Virus record (IMG/VR): IMGVR_UViG_3300035181_000419
Span: 1 to 60,490 of that record
Length of the DNA stretch: 60,490 nucleotides
DNA from: a virus
Lineage: Duplodnaviria > Caudoviricetes
Reading direction: 5' to 3' (one strand)
Positions 10,001 to 19,097 of this stretch are shown here, piece after piece (the first letter of the stretch is position 1; each line of letters begins with the position of its first letter). The notes below the pieces were generated by a model, which was not told where the DNA came from, did not search any database, and worked only from the letters and a program-made list of their open reading frames with translations. The position numbers were made by a program, and so were the translations under genes.

Positions 10001-10424
10001 CCACTGCGGCCTTCGTTCCAAGCACAACGGTATCAGGATCTAGTTGGACTGTTCCGTCAAGAGATCGCCAACTTGACTCATTGCCGCTGTGATACACAGC
10101 CTGCACGGAGGCTTTGATATTGGCAATCGTAGTTGCAGTAGTGATACTTTTCACATAGCGATAATTCGTCAGTGTATTCGCTACAATCGCTCCCGGATCT
10201 ATTTCAATAGGGGCAGTGATGTAGGATGAAACATCATTTGGGTCCGTGCCAGTATAGACTACTATCCTGAATATCCTCAGCGCAGCGGGGTAGGGCTCTG
10301 TGTGAGTCCAATTGAAATCCAGCCATTTGGGGCTGAGAAGTGTTGGACTTCCGCCCGCGCCAGGACCACCACTGGGGCCAACACCGCCGCCGGCATCATT
10401 ATCTGTTGGGTATGAGATAAGCAT
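7023..10424 (-). CDS. Tail fibre / receptor-binding protein with C-terminal Hint (intein-like) domain
   Basis: FN3-like N-terminus, CBM-like domains, coiled coil, Gly linker then CPAPDVPLLMADG...SHN. Confidence 0.8.
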   Translation of the reverse strand: MLISYPTDNDAGGGVGPSGGPGAGGSPTLLSPKWLDFNWTHTEPYPAALRIFRIVVYTGTDPNDVSSYITAPIEIDPGAIVANTLTNYRYVKSITTATTIANIKASVQAVYHSGNESSWRSLDGTVQLDPDTVVLGTKAAVDAAQSTGNTALIPVAVGDGTTSQFLYVGPTVTKTDWQGTQTLYATARTNMVRQSNNFTATWSQDGCTATANQITMPDGGNTGNKIVEGTGTNGGGGHKVWQSVGGIVSGSQYTLSFLAKAGTRTWAQAWVWSTTDTTSAFYDLINGVASGSGSPTMTSLGSGWWLCTKTVTASSTTINAGIGTSDGTSVQAYTGDGASYIYAGMTQVEAGTLATSRIPTTTAAVTVTDYTVTNGIATLSPMPAQGAVLRGLATNAQSGVNTINDPDTLTTGEKPQIIIDYNAVTGENADLVAKANAYGANHSTYDTAYSALMSYLSTLTSPTAWNSLGGTTSLGTGNRVALWNPKWTAVKNAAADLRNAIAVGTAQNAISTAATDATNKANAAQLASQPHQVAWAYASKPALPNASYPAGYYAITTDARTVQVNAAGTAWTDVLVATTGLFGQLFANQLSVANFDNLIPNGNSEMPNPPAGSYEAAGLSSDRPYSGTYRRGPGFYTARIPCNPGDQFYAEAMACVDSGTGAFYSRISNADWSYANWVGVSFTNTTYQKVSFTVTIPPQAAFIEFYCDSSAPGCRLDNLYARRMADASMIVDGTLQALVARVPLLYSLDMRSGSDASGYTPGTATTPPIGFRISAGGFTSTLLGGATFTAQVELGYGVNLMGYQLSGLTARAMSAIGDNGQTGTSFRCFYRGSNDPGTNGGRPNISRLTVTPTLYQTASPYTGRLDLKLAPSSYTDNLDGLSYAKIELFSQSAAGTTAALTTHGVYYCPLGDRIYYNPTSDSDAGNASYATQVIAEALLSGVPACKVTLYGASGSSDTHCFYSASGWTAGTALTDNGTSWPSGITGAAGGGTGGGTGGGGNCPAPDVPLLMADGTEKPAGAIRIGDRVVAWDEAAGCECVEEVTHTSMSTNHRWLLVLSNGRSGRFAANHQFLLSDGRWQELQHLVHGDVLTNGLVVESARADVYGPVVKITINRVHTYTTLGVVSHNVKILS

Positions 10425-10432
10425 GGACGCCC

Positions 10433-12745
10433 CTAAATCGGCTTGCTAGTTGTGACCGCAAGGGTGAGACTACCCGGCGTCGTGGCAGGAATGGTTAGAG
10501 AAGCCGGTGTTCCATTTGGATCAGCAATGGTCAACGACACCTCAGTGACGAAAGTGTTTGTGATACCAGCGAAGAAAGCCTGCACACGAACTCTATAGTC
10601 ACCGGGAAGAACTTCGTCGGCTGATGCGGATGAGCCCGACACCTGCATCTGAACAAATGGCCTGTAGTCGCGAGAGTAGGCGCACTCATACCCCACCGCC
10701 ATCGTATTATTCGGCCAAGATACATCCAACTGAATTGCCACACGAGAATTGAGAATCTTAACATACGAACTAGTCGTTACAGGGAAAGGGGCCGCTGCGG
10801 TCCGCTGCGTCAGTCCCCCTGACGCTGAGATACGAAGCCCGCTCTCGTAACTATACTTGGACGGATCATGCAGAAGTGCCGTGACCTCGTAATCTACCGG
10901 GCCTGATTCCTTAATGCTAAGAACTCGATACAGAGCCATATTCGTGGATAGTTGCAGAATCCACATCGTTTCTGGAATATCAGAAAATGGGGCGGATACA
11001 GTCAACGAATTCGTTGCTCCGGTGCCGTTGGTGACGGTTCTTGCTTCTACGGCACCACTCGGCAGCGTGCATTTGAGTGTATAGGTTCCAGCTACCAGTG
11101 TGATTGTGTCGTCCAAAAGCACGGTTGACGCAGTGGTCCCGGGCAGCACACGTCCGCCCATGCGCGTTTTCCCCGCTCTGAACGGATCGACTATCTGTAT
11201 GATATCCCCAGGTCGGCAGGCCGCGCCCTCCATGCCTGCTTTGAATGTCACCACTTCTGTTTCAAGAAGTTCTGTAGCCAAGGTCCATAAACCGAGCCTT
11301 CTGGCCTGCCCCTGGCTGGTGCAACCAAATGCAGTCACCTGCGTTGGCTGGTAGCCATACCGGGCAATCCCAGCATCATCTTGGACGTATTCAACAGACT
11401 GCTGGTAGCCCATCGCTGGGTTAGTCCACGATACCAGCGCCGCAGTGTGGCGAGCTTTCTTCGCGGTGCCTGAATAAGAGAATGCGCCGTCGTGGACATT
11501 GGCTGAATTGAAAATCATCACAGGAGACGCGTCTACATCAGCCACAGGGGTGACTAATCCGCCTGCGAAATAAGCCATGCCCCGAAAAATTGAAGCCATT
11601 GTCATTAGAACTTTGAGCGCATCCTCTTGTGCTTGGATAAATAGGTTGCACGAGAATCTTGGCTCCCACCCACCATTTCCATCCGGAACAAGCGTTTCGT
11701 CACACAACTTTGAAATGTAGTATAGAGCCCACTTATCTAAAGAAGAAGCGTCTAAGTATGAGCCGGCTCCGTAGCGCGTGTTGGTCGCGATGTCGTAGAA
11801 AATCCACGCAGGATTACAGGTCCACGCCTCCGCCTCTTTGAACAGCCCATCCCACACACCCGTATAGATACCAGGAGTCCAGATACCTGTTGACTCATCA
11901 ATGAACGCGGGGGTGTAGTTAGAAGGAATCTTCACCAATCGGAGATAGTATTCTGCTGAAAGCCGCGGAACGCTGCGGAATTGCTTCGCATCTACTTTCA
12001 GTGCCATCATTGCGGTGTTGGGATACCGAAGCAAGGCATCTGTGATCTCTGTCAGTGACTTCCAATTAGTCAGATTCTGGGTGTAAGAATCAGGTGGATC
12101 TGCCGTGACACGAACTACTCTGATCTGCCACGCCCCCGTTCCGACATTGGGCAGGTTGATTCTGTACGACTTGACATACTCGTCACCAAACTTATCCCGA
12201 ACGATGCCGTCCTTATCAAGCGGAACCTTAGTGAAGACACTGCCATTGTAGCCAGATCTGTATATCCAGATTTCAATCTGGCAGTATGAGCCAGTCTCGT
12301 TCCCAGTTGTCTTGTCTATTACTTTCAGTGTAGGAATTGAAATTGATACGCGAACAGCAGAAATATTCGGGGTGATCATCGTTCGCGTCTGTGGTGCAGC
12401 ATGTGTCACAGCGCAGGGCAGATTCAATTCGGAAGTTCTAACGGCCTCCACGTCCGGGAAGTCTGGAATCATAGCTTGGTCGTTGTAGCCTGCGGTGAGC
12501 GCCAAGGCCACACCCTTGAAATTCATTCCGGAAGGTCCTTGAACGGGACTGTCATCTAAATAAACAGATTTAAGCCCATTGACCAAACCTCCGATCGGGC
12601 CCTCGCACACTGCGACAAGCATCCTGGCCATCTCAACATTGGCGTCTGTTGCAAGACTTACGCCGCTGCCGACACCTCCACCAGTGCCGCCACCGCCGCC
12701 GCCGCCGCCGCCGCCATCCACAGACCAAGAAATCATTGCAGACAT
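10433..12745 (-). CDS. Tail tip / central fibre protein J (lambda gpJ-like)
   Basis: EGPIGGLVNG, LRYPNTA, WTCNPAWIFYD, EPRFSCN, FGCTSQGQARRLG motifs. Confidence 0.92.
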   Translation of the reverse strand: MSAMISWSVDGGGGGGGGGGTGGGVGSGVSLATDANVEMARMLVAVCEGPIGGLVNGLKSVYLDDSPVQGPSGMNFKGVALALTAGYNDQAMIPDFPDVEAVRTSELNLPCAVTHAAPQTRTMITPNISAVRVSISIPTLKVIDKTTGNETGSYCQIEIWIYRSGYNGSVFTKVPLDKDGIVRDKFGDEYVKSYRINLPNVGTGAWQIRVVRVTADPPDSYTQNLTNWKSLTEITDALLRYPNTAMMALKVDAKQFRSVPRLSAEYYLRLVKIPSNYTPAFIDESTGIWTPGIYTGVWDGLFKEAEAWTCNPAWIFYDIATNTRYGAGSYLDASSLDKWALYYISKLCDETLVPDGNGGWEPRFSCNLFIQAQEDALKVLMTMASIFRGMAYFAGGLVTPVADVDASPVMIFNSANVHDGAFSYSGTAKKARHTAALVSWTNPAMGYQQSVEYVQDDAGIARYGYQPTQVTAFGCTSQGQARRLGLWTLATELLETEVVTFKAGMEGAACRPGDIIQIVDPFRAGKTRMGGRVLPGTTASTVLLDDTITLVAGTYTLKCTLPSGAVEARTVTNGTGATNSLTVSAPFSDIPETMWILQLSTNMALYRVLSIKESGPVDYEVTALLHDPSKYSYESGLRISASGGLTQRTAAAPFPVTTSSYVKILNSRVAIQLDVSWPNNTMAVGYECAYSRDYRPFVQMQVSGSSASADEVLPGDYRVRVQAFFAGITNTFVTEVSLTIADPNGTPASLTIPATTPGSLTLAVTTSKPI

Positions 12746-12754
12746 CTGATGCTC

Positions 12755-13462
12755 CTAGACGATGGCGGCGGGTGCGAGAGCCCACATCCAAGGCGCAGTT
12801 CTTCCATCGCCATTACGAGTGCCAATTTCATCAGCTGCCAGCCCACCCAAGCCATTCGGAGTCCACGACTCGCTGCAGATACCTAGTGATACGAGGGCTC
12901 CGCCAACACGAAGTTTTCCGTAGCCCAGCCCGATAGGATTTCCCTGCCCGATTGTTAGATGTGGGGATGAAAAGGCAAAGGTCGGCTTATCCGCTGGGCC
13001 TTTGTCGTTGCTTCCTGCGTCAACGCTTTGGTTTCCCGCTAAGATCTGGGCCACACCCCCGAGAGCCATCGCCATTCCCATATTGATAGCCATAGCAGAA
13101 AGCCAGTTGTTCGCCGCCGCCTGATACCAGTAAGCTCCTGACCCACCTGTGAAGTAGACAAGAGCTATAAGCGCGACGCCCATAAGGATCTGTCCGAAAA
13201 TATTCTTTGCGCCTACGACACATGGAACAATCCGGATAGTCTCTCCACCGTGGGGCAGGAAAAGTTGCTCTTCTCCAAGAGATTCTGCCCCGATGCGAAT
13301 TCTGTATCCGTATTCATAATTGATCATTGCTTCTTTAAAGCCTTCAAGCTGGCAACTTAGAGCTCTAATTGCTTCCTGTGGGGAGCTCACAGCCAAGCGA
13401 AAACTTGCGCCGAACTTTGCGCGAAGGTGGCCATACAGTCTGATCTCAGTGGTTTCAGTCAT
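12755..13462 (-). CDS. Tail assembly protein I (lambda gpI-like)
   Basis: IRLYGHL..KFG, EAIRAL, QGNPIGLGYG; start ATG 13462. Confidence 0.9.
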   Translation of the reverse strand: MTETTEIRLYGHLRAKFGASFRLAVSSPQEAIRALSCQLEGFKEAMINYEYGYRIRIGAESLGEEQLFLPHGGETIRIVPCVVGAKNIFGQILMGVALIALVYFTGGSGAYWYQAAANNWLSAMAINMGMAMALGGVAQILAGNQSVDAGSNDKGPADKPTFAFSSPHLTIGQGNPIGLGYGKLRVGGALVSLGICSESWTPNGLGGLAADEIGTRNGDGRTAPWMWALAPAAIV

Positions 13463-14147
13463 GACGCACCGCCATCCTGGTCCTTCCCTGCCAGTGTCCA
13501 TCATACTCGTCAATGCGAGAAAGACGGTTTGGCAGGTGATGAAGTATCCTACCATGCCCAACATAGATAGCGCAATGGCTAATAGTTGGAGCCGCAACTT
13601 CCATGAGAAGCCCATCGCCCTCCCGCAGATCTTTGATGGGGATTTCGTAATAACCCGCCGCAAGAAGATTATCTAGATGAGGAGTTTCGCCGCGTTCCCA
13701 GAACTTATCACTGCGCAGAAAGTCTGGCAGTTCATGACCACTGGAAAGTGCATACCACTCTCGCGCAATTGACCAACAATCGTCCACGCCAAACACGAAT
13801 TGCCGCCCCTCAATAGGCCGCCCAACTGGATCTATGCGGCTCCACGATTGGTTTGCATCAGTGACTACCCACCACGGCACACCTGTCGCATTGCAACTTT
13901 TCACATCAGTGACGCCGGGGCTGACGTCACCACCGACATGGCTATGGATATACCCAATCAGTCTACCATCGTCCTGCGCGGCCACCAAACTATCAGGGCA
14001 CAGATCAAGTTCATCTTCTACAGTTGAAAGATTCTTACATCTACGATACTCTGCGACGCCTTTGATATCAATGACGACGCCGACAGATTCCATGGGGGAC
14101 ATCTCCAGGGCGTGGATGTGAGCTTTTGATAGAAGTTCTGGTGTCAT
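13455..14147 (-). CDS. Tail assembly protein K (JAB + NlpC/P60)
   Basis: HSH JAB motif; DCWS...HCAIY...ILHH; start ATG 14147. Confidence 0.9.
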   Translation of the reverse strand: MTPELLSKAHIHALEMSPMESVGVVIDIKGVAEYRRCKNLSTVEDELDLCPDSLVAAQDDGRLIGYIHSHVGGDVSPGVTDVKSCNATGVPWWVVTDANQSWSRIDPVGRPIEGRQFVFGVDDCWSIAREWYALSSGHELPDFLRSDKFWERGETPHLDNLLAAGYYEIPIKDLREGDGLLMEVAAPTISHCAIYVGHGRILHHLPNRLSRIDEYDGHWQGRTRMAVRHD

Positions 14148-14836
14148 CTCACTAACCCAGCGCCTGGAAATCCACCATAAGGAAGCGGCGTAGTCGGTCC
14201 GAAGTGCTGTAGACACCCGCCGTCGCCAGTTGCGTCGTTCAGAGTTTTATTACAAGTGGCCAGAGCTCCAGCATACCCGCACTCATATCCTTTGTAAACC
14301 CAGGGACAGATAGTTGCCTGGATAACCCTGCGCGGAAGTTTGAGACCCTGCGCGTCCATCTTGCTGGCAAGCTCAAATGAGATGAAATCCTTTGTTTCAA
14401 GGGCCTTGCGTTCTATGACGAATACGTCGTCAGGCAAGTAGGCATTAGGATTAGGGCTTGAACCTGTGGGGAGGAACTTGGCGAGCGTCCTCTTTCTTAT
14501 GAGCGTCGCCCCTACCAAATCGTCGTAGTCTCGGATCATTAGCCCAATCAGGCCGTCAACAGCCGCAACTGTGATCTTTGGTCTGGGCAAGGTGCCCTTT
14601 CCGGTTATTTCAAATCCCTCTGCCTTGATCGGGAATGCCTGATAGGTGTTGTTCTGCCAGACGATGTTGGCCCACACATCGTTCGTTCCGGCGTGGAAAT
14701 AAGTCAGACCCCCGCCGATGCTAGGATCACTAGCGTCGAGAACGAATAGTTCAATAATAGCGCCGGGATCAAGACTCGCTATTTCCCGGCGCGGCGTGGG
14801 GTCAACATACCCTGGATCTAAGCGAGAAAGAGTCAC
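14144..14836 (-). CDS. Minor tail protein L (lambda gpL-like)
   Basis: IELFVLD, LPRPKITV, C-terminal Cys cluster, YGGFPGA. Confidence 0.92.
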   Translation of the reverse strand: MTLSRLDPGYVDPTPRREIASLDPGAIIELFVLDASDPSIGGGLTYFHAGTNDVWANIVWQNNTYQAFPIKAEGFEITGKGTLPRPKITVAAVDGLIGLMIRDYDDLVGATLIRKRTLAKFLPTGSSPNPNAYLPDDVFVIERKALETKDFISFELASKMDAQGLKLPRRVIQATICPWVYKGYECGYAGALATCNKTLNDATGDGGCLQHFGPTTPLPYGGFPGAGLVR

Positions 14837-15165
14837 ATCGGCACCTGCTCAAATACACCAGAGATGGACACCTGATTGAAACTATTCTCTGTGCGCTTCC
14901 AGTTGTCGCAAATGAACTTGTGCGAAGTTCCGTTCGGGGGAGTCCAGTCGAATGGAGTGGTCCCATACTGCGCTTCAAGAAAGGCTTCGATGGCGTCGGC
15001 CTCTGCGGTGGTCCGGTTATTGAACGAAACTGACCACTTGGCGAGGCTCGTGTTCAGTCCATCTCGAGCACGCTGGGCGTAGCCATCGCCGAACTGCGCT
15101 TTTATGACCCGCAACTTTTTGTCATCAGAAGCTCCAGATGATGGTAGCCAAGTGAAAGTAGCCAT
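14833..15165 (-). CDS. Minor tail protein M (distal tail)
   Basis: FTWLP, QFGDGYAQR, FDWTPP. Confidence 0.92.
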   Translation of the reverse strand: MATFTWLPSSGASDDKKLRVIKAQFGDGYAQRARDGLNTSLAKWSVSFNNRTTAEADAIEAFLEAQYGTTPFDWTPPNGTSHKFICDNWKRTENSFNQVSISGVFEQVPM

Positions 15166-15168
15166 GAA

Positions 15169-18100
15169 TCACCGTCCATTCACAAAGTCGTAGATTATAC
15201 CGTTGGGGCGCTGTTCGTCCATGATTACTTCTCGCATCTTAGCCGCAAGACTGCGGGCCACTGCGATACTCTGGTCATTAGATCCACTTTCCTGGGTTTG
15301 GGTGCTACCGTTGGCGGCCACAGTAACGCTCAGGTAAACGTCCCCAGTGCCTCTGGGCTGCGCCGCTTTGGCTTGGCTGGTGGGCGTGCCCGCCACGCTA
15401 AAGGCCGCAGAAGCGCCATTATTTTGAGCCAAGCCCCCCAATTTGCCCGTGAACCCGCCCGCTCCAGAAGTATTGAGTCCAGATCCGACATTTGAGTAAT
15501 TCCCTGTTCCTGGGGCCGCAGGGGCACTGCCACTGAAATACGATGCGAAGGTGGACCAGAACCCTGCCCCGCCACCCTTGGTAAGCGAGGTCAGTGAAGC
15601 GGCCAGTGCGTCCATGATCGGCTTCATGATCATTGCCTTTATGATTGCCACTTCCATGTCACGAACCATACTGGCGAACATCTTGTGCCAGTTTGTGGAA
15701 GTGCCATTGAAGAAGTCTGCCAGTAAGGTAGACGTCTGATCGGTGTAACCTTTGACAACCTGCCCCATGGCAGCCCACGCTGAGCCGCTCGTTTCTTTGA
15801 GCTTAATGAGCTGGCGTTCGTAGGTTGTCAGAGACATGGTAGATTTTCTGGCAATTAGCTGCTCTAAATCGCGCGCATACTTTTCTTCAGGTCGCTCGTT
15901 TCCAGATATGAAGCCGCCAGACTTAGCATCCTCCAGTCCAAATTTGAGCTTAGCGTAGTCACCCGGCCCCAATGCGCCTTCATCGCGTAGTTTGTTCAAC
16001 TTTGTAAGAGATATTTCATAAACCGTAGCCGCATCGTTAAGATTCTTGTAGTTCTGAACAAAAGCCTTCATGTAGTTATTAGTGGCCTCAAGTTTCTCGG
16101 CATCGGTAAGTTTGCTCCGATCAGTTAGCATTGAATTTTGGGCTTCTAACTGGGCAGCGAATAATTCCCGCGCGGACTTTGCAGCATCATTATTGGCTTT
16201 AGTCAGCTCCTCAGTGCTTAAAAGAATATCATCAAATATCTTTCGGTCATTAGCCCCCTCCAGAGACCTAATGAGGGCCAATTCTGTTTTGCGCGCCTCC
16301 GCTATAAGCGTCCTCATCTTATCGGCGGCCAGCTTCGGCGCCTCATCGCCCTTCTTACCATGATCCGCATTCATGGCCCGCCATCCGGCGATTTCCTTTT
16401 CAGTATCCAGGCGAACCTTGTTCACTGCGAGTTCAAGAGAGCTCATAGAGGAGCCCTTGGCGATAGCGTCTTGGATCTTTTCTTCCATAGCCGCCATCTG
16501 TTTCTTGAAGTATAGCAGACGCTCAGCGTTAGCAGTCTGAATTTCTTCCGCTTTTTGCCTGGCTTTGGCCTTCCTTATCTCTTCATCTTCGTGCTCTTTT
16601 TGTTCTTTGAGATGCTTCGCGGCCTCTGCCCTTGCTTTGGCAAGCTCGTCTGCCGCTATACGCGCCGCTTTCTGGGCCGCCCCTAGCGTATCATTATCTA
16701 CACCATCAAAGTGCGTGATACCATACCATATATCCTTTAGCGCAAGTTTCAAGGTTCCAGCTTGGGCCTTTGTTTCTTCCATTTTAGCGTTGGCAGCGTT
16801 GAGATCGTCAATTAACTTCCTAATTTGAGGAATGTTATCTATATCTATTTCTTCTTTCTTCTTTTTCCGCTGATTTTTATTACGAATTCTATCAAGTTCT
16901 GCCCACTGAGCCGCCTCTTCCTTCCACTTAGCGATCAATTTGTCTGCTGAGGCGGCGTCCTCCTCAGCATCCGCAACAGAAGTATCCCGGTATTTCATTA
17001 CAGCGGCAGTCAGCGCAGTGATAGCAATAAATATTAGACCTATCGGGCCGCCAACCGCCGTTATCGCTTCGTTAGCCATGATAGCTGCCTGCCCAACTAG
17101 GGTCTCTGCTTCCGCCAACCTAATCTCCGCGGCCGTCAGAACAGCGTCCGATTCAGCTACCCGCAGATTAGCGAGGGCCCGCCGATTGATCAATTCATTG
17201 GTCAAAAACCGACCCTTCTGAGCCGCAACCTCAGCCTCGACTGCAGCCTGATCAGCGAGCGCGGCTACTTTCGCAGACGCCGCATACTGAATCTGGGACA
17301 TAGTCATCGCTCTGAATGAATCGATTCCCCCAGACGCCCACTTGTGGAAAGCTGCGCTGGCTGCCTGGAACCACTGGACTACTTTGAACGCAGCGAAACC
17401 AGCGGCCAACATTTCTAGAGAATCTTTCATTTCTACAAGTGTGCCTATGAAAGTCTCTACGTAGCCAATGGCGGTCTTAACATCTTCCGCCAAGTTATTC
17501 GCAAAAGTAGCCTGCCCACCAGAATCTTGCCATGCCTTCATTGCCTCAGATGCGTCCTTGAATGCACTCACCAGTGCAAAGACAACTTCCGTCGTAGCAG
17601 CGTTGAAAGTTTCCCCGATCTTTACCTGAAGATTTTCAGTGTAGCGGACCATTGACAACATCTGCTTGCCAGCGGTAGTCATCGCCGCTTCGTACACACC
17701 GAAGCGCTTCGCGCCTTCGCTAAGCACGGCATCCATACGAATTTCTGCCAGTGTCTTAGCATCTATACTTTCAACTGCTACATGATTAGCGCGGGCGTAT
17801 TCATTGATGGCCGATTTGAAATTCACCATAATGCCCATATGGCGAATGATACGAGACTCTCCAGTTGAAATACCCTGGACCAGCTTAGCAAAGGCCTCCG
17901 AGCTATTAATTCCCGCTAATGTCGCTCCATCCTGTGCCACGCGGCCCAGCTCGGCAGCTTTAGACAGATCTACCTGTGCAGCCGCCATGAGCTGAAGACC
18001 TTGACGAGCTCTCAAAGCGCTGATTCCTGTCTTCTCCATGTCTTCCTGGAAACCCTGCATCTCGCTTCTAGTGAGTCCGGCATTATTGGCCATGACCCCC

Positions 18101-18330
18101 ATAGTCGCCCCGAGCATCTCGTAGCGAGCGCCCAGCATAGCAACATCTTTTACCGCGTCAATAACGACAGCGGTTGAGATGGCCCCGGCTAGGTGACCAT
18201 ACACCTCGGCTAGAATCCCCGCTGAATCAGCAGCCTTATCACTAGCATTTTTCAACGATAGTAAAGCAGCCTCTCCCTGACTAACTTGGCGGCCATCAAC
18301 TTCTAAGATGAGGGTTGCGACATCAGCCAT
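15169..18330 (-). CDS. Tail tape measure protein
   Basis: 1053 aa helical Ala-rich, position before M, EQRPNG C-terminus. Confidence 0.92.
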   Translation of the reverse strand: MADVATLILEVDGRQVSQGEAALLSLKNASDKAADSAGILAEVYGHLAGAISTAVVIDAVKDVAMLGARYEMLGATMGVMANNAGLTRSEMQGFQEDMEKTGISALRARQGLQLMAAAQVDLSKAAELGRVAQDGATLAGINSSEAFAKLVQGISTGESRIIRHMGIMVNFKSAINEYARANHVAVESIDAKTLAEIRMDAVLSEGAKRFGVYEAAMTTAGKQMLSMVRYTENLQVKIGETFNAATTEVVFALVSAFKDASEAMKAWQDSGGQATFANNLAEDVKTAIGYVETFIGTLVEMKDSLEMLAAGFAAFKVVQWFQAASAAFHKWASGGIDSFRAMTMSQIQYAASAKVAALADQAAVEAEVAAQKGRFLTNELINRRALANLRVAESDAVLTAAEIRLAEAETLVGQAAIMANEAITAVGGPIGLIFIAITALTAAVMKYRDTSVADAEEDAASADKLIAKWKEEAAQWAELDRIRNKNQRKKKKEEIDIDNIPQIRKLIDDLNAANAKMEETKAQAGTLKLALKDIWYGITHFDGVDNDTLGAAQKAARIAADELAKARAEAAKHLKEQKEHEDEEIRKAKARQKAEEIQTANAERLLYFKKQMAAMEEKIQDAIAKGSSMSSLELAVNKVRLDTEKEIAGWRAMNADHGKKGDEAPKLAADKMRTLIAEARKTELALIRSLEGANDRKIFDDILLSTEELTKANNDAAKSARELFAAQLEAQNSMLTDRSKLTDAEKLEATNNYMKAFVQNYKNLNDAATVYEISLTKLNKLRDEGALGPGDYAKLKFGLEDAKSGGFISGNERPEEKYARDLEQLIARKSTMSLTTYERQLIKLKETSGSAWAAMGQVVKGYTDQTSTLLADFFNGTSTNWHKMFASMVRDMEVAIIKAMIMKPIMDALAASLTSLTKGGGAGFWSTFASYFSGSAPAAPGTGNYSNVGSGLNTSGAGGFTGKLGGLAQNNGASAAFSVAGTPTSQAKAAQPRGTGDVYLSVTVAANGSTQTQESGSNDQSIAVARSLAAKMREVIMDEQRPNGIIYDFVNGR

Positions 18331-18676
18331 TTTTCATAGTCCTTAGAAATATTAGGTCTAGACCACGAATGCAGGCGAATTCAAAGGCCCCCAGCCTTAT
18401 TCCTCGTAACTGCGACCAAGCCAGGATTTCTGTGCAGGAAAGCGGGTTGGCGCTCATTCCGTTGTTTTGACGCCCGAGACTGATTTCACAAAACCAGTTC
18501 CAAATTTCCGCGCACTGATACGGCATTGGAGGCGGAAGAAACTCACTGACATCTACGCCCTGATCCCGCAGAAACTTGACATGATCTCGCAGCGTGCCAC
18601 CTGTTTTCTGCGGGGCATCAAGAGCGAATGATTTCTCAGCGAATTCGTCTAACTTCAGCCTCAGTCCTTGAAAAAA
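18323..18676 (-). CDS. Tail assembly chaperone T segment (reached by -1 frameshift)
   Basis: Frame open from slippery site to 18323: FQGLRLKLDEF...IWNWF...LDLIFL. Confidence 0.75.
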   Translation of the reverse strand, partial: FFQGLRLKLDEFAEKSFALDAPQKTGGTLRDHVKFLRDQGVDVSEFLPPPMPYQCAEIWNWFCEISLGRQNNGMSANPLSCTEILAWSQLRGIRLGAFEFACIRGLDLIFLRTMKNG

Positions 18677-19068
18677 AGTTTGCGGCTCCCAGTGGCCTTG
18701 TTGACCTGATCACGGATCGTGGGAACCTTGGAATAGATCATTCGCGCGTTCTCTGGGGAGAACTCCAGTTCCTCACCCTTCCAGGCCATGTTCTTCCACC
18801 CAGTGGTGCAGACGACCAGCAGATCCAGGAAACTTTCCCGGTTCTGCTGGGCGTCAAACTCTGGAATGACCATCTCCCCATCCACCTTCGTCATTTCCTT
18901 GAAACGGAGCGCCTGCTGCTTATCCAAGCAAGCCTGGGCAGCGGTGGAGTCCGTGCCAACCACGAAGATGGAGACATCTGTGGGCTCCCCAGTTACGGGG
19001 TGCTTGATGACGACTTCAGCCGGAATGTTGGCTTTATCGGAGGTGTAGTTGAAAAGGTCCAGAGGCAT
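18661..19068 (-). CDS. Tail assembly chaperone G
   Basis: HPVTGE, TTGWKN, between tail tube and tape measure. Confidence 0.85.
   Translation of the reverse strand: MPLDLFNYTSDKANIPAEVVIKHPVTGEPTDVSIFVVGTDSTAAQACLDKQQALRFKEMTKVDGEMVIPEFDAQQNRESFLDLLVVCTTGWKNMAWKGEELEFSPENARMIYSKVPTIRDQVNKATGSRKLFFKD
18670..18676 (-). other. Programmed -1 frameshift slippery site T TTT TTC
   Basis: AAA CTT TTT TTC AAG GAC TGA; -1 frame joins downstream chaperone ORF. Confidence 0.8.
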
Positions 19069-19097
19069 GGTATTCTCCTAAGAGGGTTGAGGTGAAA

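Noticed and set aside
12675-12720. Poly-Gly/GGC run at the gpJ N-terminus as a phase-variation tract
   Set aside because: Triplet repeat stays in frame; more simply a flexible linker.
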